Shown here in pieces: positions 47,101 through 58,529 of a stretch of 64,000 nucleotides of DNA (positions are counted from its first letter, which is position 1; each line of letters starts with the position of its first letter). The notes beneath the pieces are model-generated. The model ran no database searches. It was not told the origin of the DNA and was given only the letters and a program-made list of their open reading frames with translations. Where the stretch lies: positions 1,116,001-1,180,000 of the forward strand of contig OZ237744.1 in the NCBI GenBank assembly GCA_965178125.1, written 5' to 3'. This DNA comes from Bilabrum cf. latius. Taxonomy: Eukaryota. Position numbers and translations under genes: made by a program.

Positions 47101-49377
47101 ATCCCGGCCCATCCGAGCCCCAGCCACCCCCCGACTCGCTCCTCTGCTCACCAACCCACGACTGCTCTGCGTCGTACTCCCAACCCTGATCCGCTTCCCC
47201 GGCATCGGCCTCCAGCTTTCCCTCAGCCTGCCACGCGGGCACATCCTTGCCGCCCATCGCAGCAGCCCGCCCCACGGCCCCCGACGACATGAGCCCCCTC
47301 CGTCCCATCGAGCTGCCCAGCTTCCCGCGGATGCTCCCAGTCGCACCGTCGGACCCGGAATCAGAACCATCGGCACCCAGGAGCGCCGCGCGGGCCTCTG
47401 CAGCGTACACCAGCGAGGAGCGACGCTTCCGCCTCCTCCCCCTACCCATTCTGTGATTCCCTGACGCCGCTGAGCCCCCGTTGGCCCCGATAGTACCCCG
47501 GACCGAGCGCCCGTCAAGGGAAGTGACCCCACCATGGGGACCCCCCTCCTGGGTCTGACCCAGCGCCGAATGCGGTGGTGTCGGGGGCCTGTCCGCCACC
47601 CTCTCGCCCTCCAGGCTGTAGCCTTCCTGTCCATGGGGAACATCGGCAACTGCGTCGGACTCGGGGTGTTCCAAGCTCGACCCAGGGCTGTAGTGCGCGC
47701 GTGCATGGGCCTGGGATTGTTCCTAGAGGGCCCTTGCCTCTGCTGTCTCGAGGGGATCCACGGAGCCTGATCCCAGCGAGCCCAAGCTCCCGCGCTGCAT
47801 GCCAGTTGGCACCCTCGCGTGCCCATCGCCCCGTCCTTGACCAACCCACGGCCCACCAGCAGCAGCACCAGACGAAGCGCCCAGGTCGGTGTCCACTGAG
47901 GGCTCCAGGAGCGTGCTGCCGCCCAGCAGGAGAGCGCCATGGGCACTGGTGGCATGAAGCGGTTTTCCCGGAGCACCTGCTTGGGCTGAAATCGACCCCC
48001 CGGGGGACCGGGGAGGCTCTGGGTGCGCGAGGGGCAATCCCCCCCGAACCGTGTGATAGCTGTCCCATGCACCGGCCTCGGTGGATGGCTGCAGCGCAGC
48101 ACGAGCCGACGACGGCGGGATCAGCCGGCCCTACTGCTCCTCCTCAAGGTGATCTTCTTCGTCCTGCTCACGCTGCTTCTAGTCGACGTCCACGCGCAAC
48201 TCGATGCTGCCACCGGCACCCCGCGGGGTCAAGCTGTCCTGCCCGAGGTCCATGCTCCTGATAGACGCACCCCGCCCGTGACCAAGAGCAGCAGACTAGA
48301 TCTAGATCTAGCCGCCCGGCAGCGATCCCTCTCCCCCCGAAAAAACTCCTTCTCCCGAACCGCCTGTCCCCACTGTAGCCATCGAGGCCCCGCCCGCGGC
48401 AAGCAGCATCCCGAGGCTGCCCCCGCCCTCGCTGCCCAGCGGCAGCACCGCCTACCCGCCCGGCCCCACACCCATAGCGCCCGGCCCGCGGGCAAACGCC
48501 TCCCGCGCGGCTCGCCTGGACCTCCGGATCGCGGCCTTGGCATGGGCTGCGTTCCTCTCCGCGAGGATCCGGAGCCAGCGCTGCAGGTACCACCTCGAGT
48601 CTAGGCAGGCGGGCAGGCGGGCGGTGGCCGTCGTGGTGCAATAGATGGCGACGTACTGCGCGCCTCTGAAGAAGGCTCGCGGGTCGATGGGACCTCGCTT
48701 CGTGGAGAGATACTTCGGCCTCCACACTGCCAGGCGCACGGCATCCGTGAGCATGTATGGGAAGCGCAGGCCCTGCGGGTCCGAGGCGATCTCCTCGATC
48801 CCGCGGCGGCACACCACGGCGCCGTTTGGGGCCAGCACCACAGCCCCGTAATGAGGATTCACCTGCTCATGGAAATAAAAGGTACAGTGCGATGCTTTTG
48901 GCACTTGAAATTGAATAGCCGCGTCAAAGCGTGTTCCAGGATTCCTACGAGGCGACTCACACCAAACGTCTCGGCCAGCCGAGCCGGCACCGCAGAGCCC
49001 AGGGCCGTGCTCGGCCAGGACATCTTTCGCCTCCACTCGGCATACATGCCTGCCTCAGTCTTAGGATCGTTTGCCGACAGCCACACTACTTGCAACGCCA
49101 GCCGCCTCGCGTTCATTGCATGCCACTCGACCATGTGCTGGGTCATTTGCTGCTGCTCCCCAAGCCTACGCCGAGCATGATCGTTCCAGTACAACACTAC
49201 CCATCTACCGAGCAGCGCATCGCTGTCTGGGGAGCACAACGAACCGTCTGGCCACTCCAGGTTTTCCCGAAACAGATTGAACAGCTGCCGTCTTTGGTGC
49301 AGTTGCTGAGGTGTCATTTGGTGGCCATATCCGTGTTCTGCCGCCCCAACGGACCGATTGGTGTACTGTGATAACAT
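44141..49377 (-). CDS. Nucleoredoxin/thioredoxin-like protein without a recognisable CxxC, with a very large low-complexity insertion
   Basis: LLGRWVVLYW..QVVWLS..MSW..VVLAPNG..DPQGLRFPY and LPRLILLDSGG..EDPEGFPW resemble nucleoredoxin Trx domains. Intron 48863-48960. Twelve in-frame TAGs. Ends TAA 44141. Confidence 0.72.
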
Positions 49378-49612
49378 GTGGGGTCGTTAAACTAATGCTG
49401 ATGGCCAGCTGCAACAGCAGCGGCCGTCAATCTGTGCACGTCGAACGGATCCAGCCCTTGTGGGTGTGATGACTGCCCCGGGGCCCACCCAAGTGCGCAG
49501 TGCAGTGCGCGTGCGGGAACGCTGGCGGGAACGGTGCCTCGCTGGCCAGCGACGCCGATCACGCTCCCGCCCTCTGTACTGCTCCACCTTGCCATGTTCT
49601 GTTCTGCTCTGT

Positions 49613-51022
49613 TCATATTCGCTTGGTCCGCCCGGCCCCCTTCACTACACTGTCCCTGATGTCAGCGTCCCTCCTCTCCTTGAGGGTGGACCTCTCCGCC
49701 GCCTCCTCCTCGTCCTCCCTCCCCTGCTCATGCAGCTCTCGCTCAGACATGACCGCATCCGCCCCCGCGGCCGCCTCCCTCTGCCGGGCCTCCCTCTCCA
49801 TCGCCTCTGCCCTCTCCTTGTCACCCAGCTCGGCGAGGGTCATGGTGGGCAGCTGGTGGCTGTATCCAAACACGCCAGCCCGCACCTTCTGCTTGTCCAC
49901 CTCAAAACCAGGGCCCACACGCATCATCGCCACGCCCGGCCTGTCGGGACGCACCGAGGGGTCGTCGGGCGCCGGGCCCCGCCTTGCCCCGAACGGCGCG
50001 CCGGGCCCAGCCGCTCCCCTACCGCGCGCCCCATACCCCGCCCCTGCCCCCGCCCCCGCCCCCGCCGCGGGCCCGGGTGCACCCCTGGAGGCCATCATGC
50101 TGAGGAACAAGACCTGTTCCTGCAGGCTCACCAGGTCATCCACCGCCTGCCGACTGGCCACCTGCAGCATCAGCATCGCCCGCTCCCTTCTCTGCTCCTC
50201 GTCCACGGCCCCGAGCGCGCTCCCCACCCCGTCCGCGCCGCCCTCCCTGGCACCCGCTCGCCGGATGCGCTGCTCTTCCGCCGCCAGAGCACGCAAACGG
50301 GCTTTGTCGGCCGCGTCAGCCTTTACGCGCCGGATCTTTTCCTCTCGCTCCGAGCTGCCGTCCATGCCGCCGGACCTCCCGGCTGACAGCGCGGCGGGCA
50401 TCCGCGCTCGCTCGCGGCCCGCCGATTTCTCCCCTGCGGCGCTAGCGTCCGGGTCTGCACCCTCCGGTGAGGCCGTTGACCGCTTGGAGACAACAATGGC
50501 TTCGTATCGTCTCAAGTCAAAGGGTGACAACAAGCCTGCGGGCTTTGCAACTTCGTCCACGAAGGCCAAGAACGCCTCCGACGCCTGCTCCACACTCTTG
50601 GCCTGCTCCAGCATAGGCGAGCCTGTCCCCGTAACACGGCGTTTTTGCAACACCCTACCGACCCAGTATAGGCCCAGCAGAGATGCCAAGTCCCCTGTCG
50701 CGATGTCGTCCAGGGTTTCGTCCGATTTTCGAGACAGGAATCCAGCCTTTCTGGAAATCGATGCCAAGGCCTTCAATTTCGCTACACAGGCGTCGATTCG
50801 CGCATTCTGTTCGACAGGGTCTAGATTTTCGTACTTGTCATCGTCAATTAGCATCGCTTCGGTCACGGGGTCTGCGTCGGCATCCTGTGCAACTGCTTTG
50901 GCGCTGGGTGCGCCCGAAGACGCACGGGACCCGCTGGCACCACTGGCGCTCGAAGCCCCGGGCCGCCGCATCTGCACAGCAGCTGCCTCTGCAAGCAATT
51001 CTTCGTCCATGTCGGACGCCAT
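49613..51022 (-). CDS. TAP42: TAP42/alpha4 (IGBP1) PP2A regulatory protein
   Basis: ETLDDIATGDL, REEKIRR, VFGYSHQLPTMTLAE and DIRDSVVKGAGR. Ends TGA. Confidence 0.85.
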   Translation of the reverse strand: MASDMDEELLAEAAAVQMRRPGASSASGASGSRASSGAPSAKAVAQDADADPVTEAMLIDDDKYENLDPVEQNARIDACVAKLKALASISRKAGFLSRKSDETLDDIATGDLASLLGLYWVGRVLQKRRVTGTGSPMLEQAKSVEQASEAFLAFVDEVAKPAGLLSPFDLRRYEAIVVSKRSTASPEGADPDASAAGEKSAGRERARMPAALSAGRSGGMDGSSEREEKIRRVKADAADKARLRALAAEEQRIRRAGAREGGADGVGSALGAVDEEQRRERAMLMLQVASRQAVDDLVSLQEQVLFLSMMASRGAPGPAAGAGAGAGAGYGARGRGAAGPGAPFGARRGPAPDDPSVRPDRPGVAMMRVGPGFEVDKQKVRAGVFGYSHQLPTMTLAELGDKERAEAMEREARQREAAAGADAVMSERELHEQGREDEEEAAERSTLKERRDADIRDSVVKGAGRTKRI

Positions 51023-51152
51023 CAGGATCGAATGCCACAATCAGCGGCAACCAATTTTGCGCGGTGTGACGACCATTGATCCGGGACCGGCACAACGATC
51101 ACTATTGGTTGCAACGTTGCAGGGCGATCGTCAATTCAAAGATAAGATTATC

Positions 51153-52679
51153 ATGGAGCAGATCAAGGCGTCCATAGCAGCGCTGCAAGAGTCGGCGCGT
51201 ATTTTAGAGGCAATCGCCGGACACGACTTGATCACACTCGTTGAGCATACAGAGTTTGGCAGCGAAATGCTGAGTCAGTCCTAGGCAATCAAAGCGAAGA
51301 CTATAGAGTTTTAGGCTGTGGTAGAAGCATCTGCTGCCGCTAAATCGCTGGAATCCGCCGTCCCACCAGAGTTGCCATCAAAAGGAGCAGCAGCCGCCGC
51401 ACCAGCCCCGGAGCCGGCCGCTGCACCAGCACCGGAGTCGGCCGCTGCACCAGCACCGGAGCCGGCCGCTGCACCAGCACCGGAGCCGGCCGCTGCACCA
51501 GCCCCGGAGCCGGCCGCTGCACCAGCCCCGGAGCCCGCCGCTGCACCAGCACCGGAGCCGGCCGCTGCACCAGCCCCGGAGCCGGCCGCTGCACCAGCCC
51601 CGGAGCCGGCCGCTGCACCAGCCCCGGAGCCCGCCGCTGCACCAGCCCCGGAGCCCGCCGCTGCACCAGCACCAGAGCCGGCACCAGCAGCCGGCAAGAA
51701 GGCCGGACATGGCTGGGACGCCACATCCGATGAGGCGTACGACAGGCTTGGGTACGGCCAGTACCACGCGGGCAAGAAGAAGACCAAGCCAGGTGCGAGC
51801 AGCGAGCTGATAGGGGTGGCCATGCGCATCGCGCACAACGTGGAGGGGCTGGGCAGCGCGGGAGACAGGGACGTGGCGGCAAAGGGGGGCAGCGAGGGCC
51901 GGGGGGCGGGCGGCAACGGCGACGACTCGAGCGAGGGGGGCTGGGGGGAAGACTCGGACGATGAGGGGGCCGCGAGGGTGGGCGCGCGAGGGGCGGCCAT
52001 GCCTGCTTTCCAGAGGCGCCGGCCCAAGGCAGACACGGGTGGCGTGCCGGCAGAGGAGCATGTGCCCAAGTTCATCCGAGAGAAGAAGGAGAAAGAGGCG
52101 CAGGCGGGGGCGAGGGAGGGGGGCAAAGGAGGAGGGGATTCCACGGCTGCAGCGGCCCCTGCCCCCGCCCCTGCCCCCACCACGGGGGCATCCCCCGCCA
52201 GCAGCGGGGGCGGCCCCGCCGCCTCGGGCATCTCCCCTACGATCACTCTATCGTCCAAGGCCAGCGCGGCCTTTTAGTCGGTGCGTCAGAGGAAGCGGTC
52301 CTGGGCCCTGTTGAAGCCCGACTCCAAGTCCATGTCCGTCAAGCAGGGCAAGCTGGGCAAACTGACCGAGGACGCGACCCCCGAGCAGTTCCTCAAGCAG
52401 CTCCCCTTCATGCAGTGCAGGTACGCCGTCTACGACTGGAGGAGGACCATGCCGGACGGGCGGAGGAACGAGACCATGTACCTCATCGCCTGGGCGCCCC
52501 CCGCCGCCAATTCCGCGGACAAGACGTTCATGGCCTCGCAGACCACGGTGGTGGAGCGCATGTTCGAGGGGGTGGTGACAGTGCAGGCCAGCTCCGCGCT
52601 GGACGTGCGCAAGGCGCTCGGCATCGGGGCTGCACCCGCCGCGGCTGATTCCGACTCGGACAGCGACTTCAGCGACTGA
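51153..52679 (+). CDS. ADF/cofilin-domain protein with a long N-terminal PAAAPAPE repeat extension
   Basis: C-terminal QCRYAVYD..MYLIAWAP..ADKTFMAS..VQAS (ADF-H). TAG at 51282, 51312 and 52275 (AAF*SVRQRK). Ends TGA. Confidence 0.85.
51396..51686. repeat. 24-bp coding tandem repeat (~12 copies, PAAAPAPE)
   Basis: The gctgcaccagc(a/c)ccggagcc(g/c)gcc unit is directly visible. Confidence 0.95.
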
Positions 52680-52938
52680 GAGGAGGGGGATTCGGCAGCA
52701 GCCCCGGCAGGCGGTCGCACGTTGAGCCAGGGAATGGCACTGCGTCGCATCGCTGGCACGTGATGCCGCTGTAGTTGTCTAGCACTCGTCACACAGCCCT
52801 CTTCCACTGTGGTAGATCTAGGTGCCTGGCTGAGTGGATCTGTCGGGTCGCACGGATGCATGCATGTTTATTTTATTTATTTCCCATATATTTTCACAAT
52901 TCTCCGTTTTCGAAATGGTGCGCGGTCTAGCTGTCGCT

Positions 52939-55269
52939 TCACGCGCTCTTTGACCTCCACCGACTCGGCAGCATCGCGTCGACGACTGTCTTGGTGAGCC
53001 TTCCCACGGTGCCTGGGGCAGTCTCCCTGGCCCGAAGCAGCACTGCCAGCGACACCCCGAACACCGTCACCCACAGGCCCGGCATGCTGCGGGCAACTTT
53101 GTGATCGAACATGATGTCGCGCAGCACCTCGATGGCCCGGGGAACAGTGTACAGCAGCAGCTCGGCCCGCCGCTCCGCGCCCTCCATCCAGGTGGTCAAA
53201 CTGGCGAGCCCTCCCGCTACCCCGTACACCGCCTTGTGGTCCCAGGGAACAAGCCGCCGCTGCAGGTCGATGAGCGCCATGTAGGACGCCACGAACGTGG
53301 CGATGTACACGGTCGACTGCAGCGCCGCGCGGGCAGCCTTCCCGAGGCTGCCCCAGGGGTCTGCCAGCGCGCGGCGGAGGCGGAAGGCTAGCGGAACCAG
53401 GGACAGCGTGGCGTACACGGGCCCCGCCTGTCGGAACGCCTTGATCCAGGTGGCCACGGCCTGTGCCGTTGGGTCGGCCTCGTGGGGGTGGAGGACGCTG
53501 GCTGGGATGCGGCGAGGGCGGGTGGTGGCCATCGGGTACGGGCCACGAGGCCACTTCTGTTCTCCCAGCACCCCGCCCTGACCCCGGGCTCTGACAATGC
53601 CCCCGTCCCTGTCCCTGTCCCTGTCCCTGTTCTTGTTCCCTGCGGCCCTGGCCAGCCTCTCCCGGATGGCCCTGGCGATGTGGGCGTGCCCGCTCCTGGG
53701 AGGCCCGTCCCAGCGACACCCGTCCAGCACGGTGCCCCAGAGGTGCCTGGCCCACCGCACCCACGTCCAGTGGCGGGAGCCCGGGGGCCCCTCGCTCGTC
53801 CTGGTGACCCGCTGCGGCCCGCACTACACGTCAGGGAATCTCGGCTCCGCCTCCCTCACGTACTCGTTGAGGGCGTGAGGGTCGATGTCCAGGCCCCTCG
53901 TGTGCCGCGCGATGGCCTCCATGGGCGCCCTGTCAATGGGCTGCACCTGCATCATGAACCGGCGGAGACCGCCCTGCAGGGCGCCGGGCCGCAGCACGAA
54001 CGCGTGCATGATGAGGGACGTGGACGCAGCCAGCAGCAGCGTCTCACCGGTGGACTCGATCCAGTGAGGCGGGCGCGCCCCTCCCTTTCCCCGTCCTCCT
54101 CGCGCTGACACTGCGGCTGCCCTGCCTGTCCCCCCAGCACTGCCTGTTCCCCCAGCAATGCCTGTTCCCCCAGCAATGCCGCCTGCATCTGTGCTGCTCG
54201 TGCTGAGGCCACTCCCGCCATCATCCTTGCTTCTAGCCTCACCGCCCTATAGCATTTCTTTCCCGCCCTCAGCTCCACTATGCTCTGGTTTAACGCCAGT
54301 GCCCCCAGTGTTGCTGCCGGCAGCCACTTGGACCTCCCCCCCACAGCCCTCCAACGGCTTCACGCCGATGCCTCGCAGCCAACCGGCCTCCCTTGCCATG
54401 CGCCAGCCCGTCTGCGCCGCCCTGGCCCCCGCGTACAGAGCGAACGTTCGCCGAGTGTCCCTGTCCAGGACCAGGAGTGGCAGTGCAGAGAGGACAGCGG
54501 CAGCTGCATCTGCCGCGGCCAGGGCAGTAGCGGCGCCCACCTCACTGGCAGGCTCAGTCTCGTTGCTGATGCCAGTGAGGGTGCCTGGGGAAGTATGGGT
54601 AGGAAGAGGCACAGGGGTATCGACGCTCGGTGAGTGACGGTCTTCCTCGCCGCGAGGATGCGCCCCCGCGCCACCGGATGCAGGGGCCGTGCTGCTGCTG
54701 CGCCGGGCGGGCGAGGCCGGCCTCGGGGGCGTGATGATTCCCGACTGGCTGCCCGAGGACCTGGCGGGGAACGATGATTCTGGCAATACAACGGGCGACA
54801 TGGGGATGGCTGGTGCGACGGTCCCCTCCTCCAGCGGGAGGGACTCGGCAGTGGCCAGCGATCCGTCCGAGTCCACGTGCGTGCACCCGCGGGCCCCGAC
54901 GGGCATCTCCTCGGCTGCCTCGGTCTGCTGCGGAGGAGGAAGCGAGCTTGTTGCGTACAGGCGGTTCACTACGAACCTTAGAAATCCTCTTAAAAAGTCG
55001 TACAAGCCGGTACACCCGGCAACGAAAAGGGCGAGCTTGACCGCAGCTACTCTGTATGACAGCCCCTCCTTCTCGGACACAAGCGCCCTTAGCGATAGGA
55101 GTTTAGCAGGTCGTGATCGCAGCAGTCGAATTGCATGCAGCAACAGGCCGATGCCGGCCCGAACATTGAACACGAACAGGAATCTATCTGCGAAGGTCCT
55201 AGATCCTCGCACCAGCTCCCGCCAGAGGGCGACGTACACGTTTCGCCGCGAATGTCGCTAGTTGTTCAT
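52939..55269 (-). CDS. TMEM135-like membrane protein
   Basis: RRTFALY..ARA, IMHAFVLRPGAL, VYATLSLVP and E..RRAELLLYTVPRAIE. TAG at 55258, 54247 and 53824. Ends TGA. Start inferred. Confidence 0.8.
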
Positions 55270-55416
55270 GATTTTTGAATACCTTGGCAAGAAATTTTGG
55301 TCAGGATTGTCTGGGGCGCCCTGATCCGGTGCATTCGAAAAAATAGGTTACAACCGGTGGCGCCGAGCAGGATCGCGCCATGCAGGAACGCACTTTTTAT
55401 CCGTCGACGAGAGGAT

Positions 55417-58404
55417 ATGGCAGCAGTCGACCGATCAGCGATTATTGCTGGTGCATGTAGCGATCTGAGAAACGCGACGCAGGGCGATAAGGTGTACAAG
55501 AACGAGTGCGTGTACTCGTTTGCTACTCCAGCCACGCCGGGCGGAATATACGTGAATCTGCGCACGTTCGTGGCTGTTGGTCCAGAATACCTGCAGCTAG
55601 AGTTAAACAAGACCTCAGAAGAAGGCAAGCACAACGTCTACTGGAAGCAGGTGTGGACCCGAAGGCCGGCGCCGAAGGCCCGCGAGGAGGACGGGCAGCC
55701 GGCCAAGAAGCTTTCAAAGGTTGCGATCGGCGTGGAAGGCGGCGCACCGCTCGACGAAGAGCCAGAATACGACAAGCACGAATACCTGTCGCTGGTTAAG
55801 TCCGGCGAGCCGGAGATGTGCATCGCTTTGCCGTCCGATGACGTCCCGGCAGCTGTCACGGCGGTCATCGATTCCGTCAAGAACCACGACGACGTGGTCC
55901 GCGCCGCTCAGGTCAAGCAAGCTGCAGTCGCTTGGGTGAGAGAGAGAACCGGAGGGCAGAGACCCCGGTCGCCGCGCTCTGGAGCTGCGCGGTGCGCACG
56001 CAGTCGCTGTACCATGGCCGCACATGCCATACCTTGAGTGCAGAGCACCTCGTTTGAGCCCCTTTCAATCCAACTCCATCCTCTGCAGGAGTTTGTTCCC
56101 CAGGCATCTGCATTCGCCATGGACCTCCCCGTGGTGGAGCACCCTCCCAAGCTGAGCGCGGACCCTAGCACCTGGAAGTGCTTCGCCTGCGATCTCACCT
56201 CCAACCTGTGGCTCAACCTGTCCACGGGGGTCATGGCCTGCGGCAGGCAGCAGATGGGAGGGGCCAAGGGACACGGACATGCCCTCAGGCACTTCGAGGA
56301 GACGGGCAGCCGGTATCCCCTCTGCGTGAAGCTGGGCACTGTCACGGCGGACTCCGCCGACGTGTACTCGTACCACCCAGATGAGAACGACCTGGTGCTG
56401 AACTCCAAGCTCGACGAGCATCTTGCCCGCTTCGGGCTGGACCGCAGCTCGATGGTCAAGACGGACAAGTCGATGGACGAGCTGCAGCTGGACGCGCAGG
56501 AGAAGCTGGAGTCCAACCGCATCACCGAGGCGGGCAAGAAGCTCATGCCCGTCCCGGGGGCGGGGTTCGTGGGCCTCAAGAACATGGGGAACAGTTGCTA
56601 CATGGCCAGCGCGGTGCAGTGCCTCGCCGCCATGCCCGAGTTCGCCGAGCGTTACCTCGCCCCCCACGACGAGGTGCTCCGGGCCGTCCACCCGAGGGCC
56701 GTGGCGAGCGACCTGACCGCACAGACGTGCAAGCTGGCAAGGGCACTCATCACGGACAAGTACGTCCCCGAGGACAAGAGGGAGCTCCCGCCCGCGCCCA
56801 GCGGAGACGTCTCTGAAGAGGTCCTGGAGGCGTACGCGAAGGCGCTCGCGGAGAGGACAGAGGCGGTGTTTGTGGAGCCGCGCATGTTCCGGTTCGTGGC
56901 GGGGGCAGGGCACCCGGACTTTGGGGGCACGCAGCAGCAGGACGTGTCCATGTACATGACGCATCTGTTCGAGCAGTTCGCGCTCGCAGAGGCAAAGGGG
57001 CGCCCGGGGAAGGCGGTCGCGGACAGGTTCGGCGGGCACCTGGGCCGGCTGTTCGCGTTCGACACGCAGGACAAGATCAAGTGCCTTGAGAGCGGTACCT
57101 ACCGCCTGAAGGACGGCGAGGACACGATGTTCTCCCTTGGAATCCCCATGGACAAGGCCACCAACAGGGAGGAGTACGACGCCTACATGGCGAGGGAGGC
57201 CGCTAGGAAGGCGCAGAGGGAGGCAAGGAAGTAGGCCAAGGCAGAGGCGGAGGCAAAGGCAAGGGCGGGGGTGGCTGCTGCCATGGCCGGGAAAGGGGAC
57301 GGAGAGAAGGAGAAGGAGAAGGAAAAGGAGGGCGGGGGCAAGCAGGAGGAGGAGGCCGCTTCGGCTTCGAGCGGGGCTGGCGCGGGCGCTTCCACCACAG
57401 CCAGCTCGACTCCTGGTTCTACCTCGACCGCCGATGCTCCCCTCGATAAAGAGGAGGAGCAGGTGCTCGCTAAGGTGCCCTGGTCCGCTGTGATGGAGGC
57501 GTGGGCAGCTGGGTCCGTTGTACCCGACCTGCATTCCAACGCCACCGGCAAGAAGGGCCCCCACCTGAAGACACCCGCCCTCAAGACCATGCCGCCCTAC
57601 CTGCTGGTGCAGCTCCGCAGGTACAGCGTTGGCCCCGACTACCAGCCGATCAAGCTCGGCGTGTCCCTGGACGTGCCCCAGGAGCTGGACATGGAGAAGT
57701 ACAGGGCCAAGCCGCTTGGAGGGGACGAGCCAGCTATGCCTGAAGGTGACGGGGGCGGGGACGCGGCGGGAGGGGGTGCGGGGGAACAGGAGGTGTCCCC
57801 GGAGATCCTGGCCGCGGTGACGGGGATGGGCTTCACAGAGAACGCGGCCAAGCGGGCGGCCAAGGCGACGGGCAACGGCCCCGCGGATGCCGCGGTGAAC
57901 TGGCTCATGGAGCACATGGGAGACCCTGACATCAACGACCCCATGCCTGCCTCGGGTGCGGGTTCGGGTGCCGGTGCCGGTGCGGGAGGGGGGGATGGGG
58001 TGGACGAGAGCAAGGTGCAGATGCTTCAGGCCATGGGGTTCGATGCCGCGGTGTGCCGCAAGGCGCTGCACGAGAGCAAGGGGGACGCCGAGCGGGCGTC
58101 CATGTGGATCATGGAGCGGATGGAGGACATCGCGGCGGGTACGGTGGACCTGACGATCCCCAAGGCCGTGGAGGTGAGCAAGGACAAGAGCGACGGGCCG
58201 GGCAAGTACAGGCTGATGGCCTTCATCTCTCACATAGGGAGGAGCACAACCGCGGGGCACTACGTGTGCCACGTGAAGAAGGGGCCGGGGGGCGCGTGGG
58301 TGGTGTACAACGACAGGAAGGTCGCGCTCTCGGAGGAGCCTCCGTTCGGGGAGGGCTTCTTGTACTTCTACCAGAGGGTGGACCGGGCTGAGGGTGGCAA
58401 GTGA
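55417..58404 (+). CDS. USP5: Ubiquitin C-terminal hydrolase USP5/UBP14
   Basis: VYKNECVYSF, zf-UBP (NLWLNLSTG..HALRHF..VKLGT..DVYSY), GLKNMGNSCY, QQD, two UBA domains and GHYVCH. Intron 55936-56088. TAG at 57232. Ends TGA. Confidence 0.95.
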
Positions 58405-58529
58405 TCGCTGGAGTGTCACACGGTCCATCAGAGCGGACATGGATCTGCCCAGAGTTCGTAGCGAACCCCGATGAACGAACCTGCCTTTCTGGCCCAGCTT
58501 CTAGTAACATCAAGTGCTCCAGCATCGCG

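Noticed and set aside
51396-51686. CRISPR-like array
   Set aside because: Contiguous 24-bp coding repeats with no unique spacers and no cas genes.
56065-58440. Long antisense ORFs (791 aa here; also 49500-51284, 44178-45755, 40231-41454)
   Set aside because: Shadows of GC-rich genes on the opposite strand, with no recognisable motifs. The 3' tip of 49500-51284 is the start of the cofilin gene.
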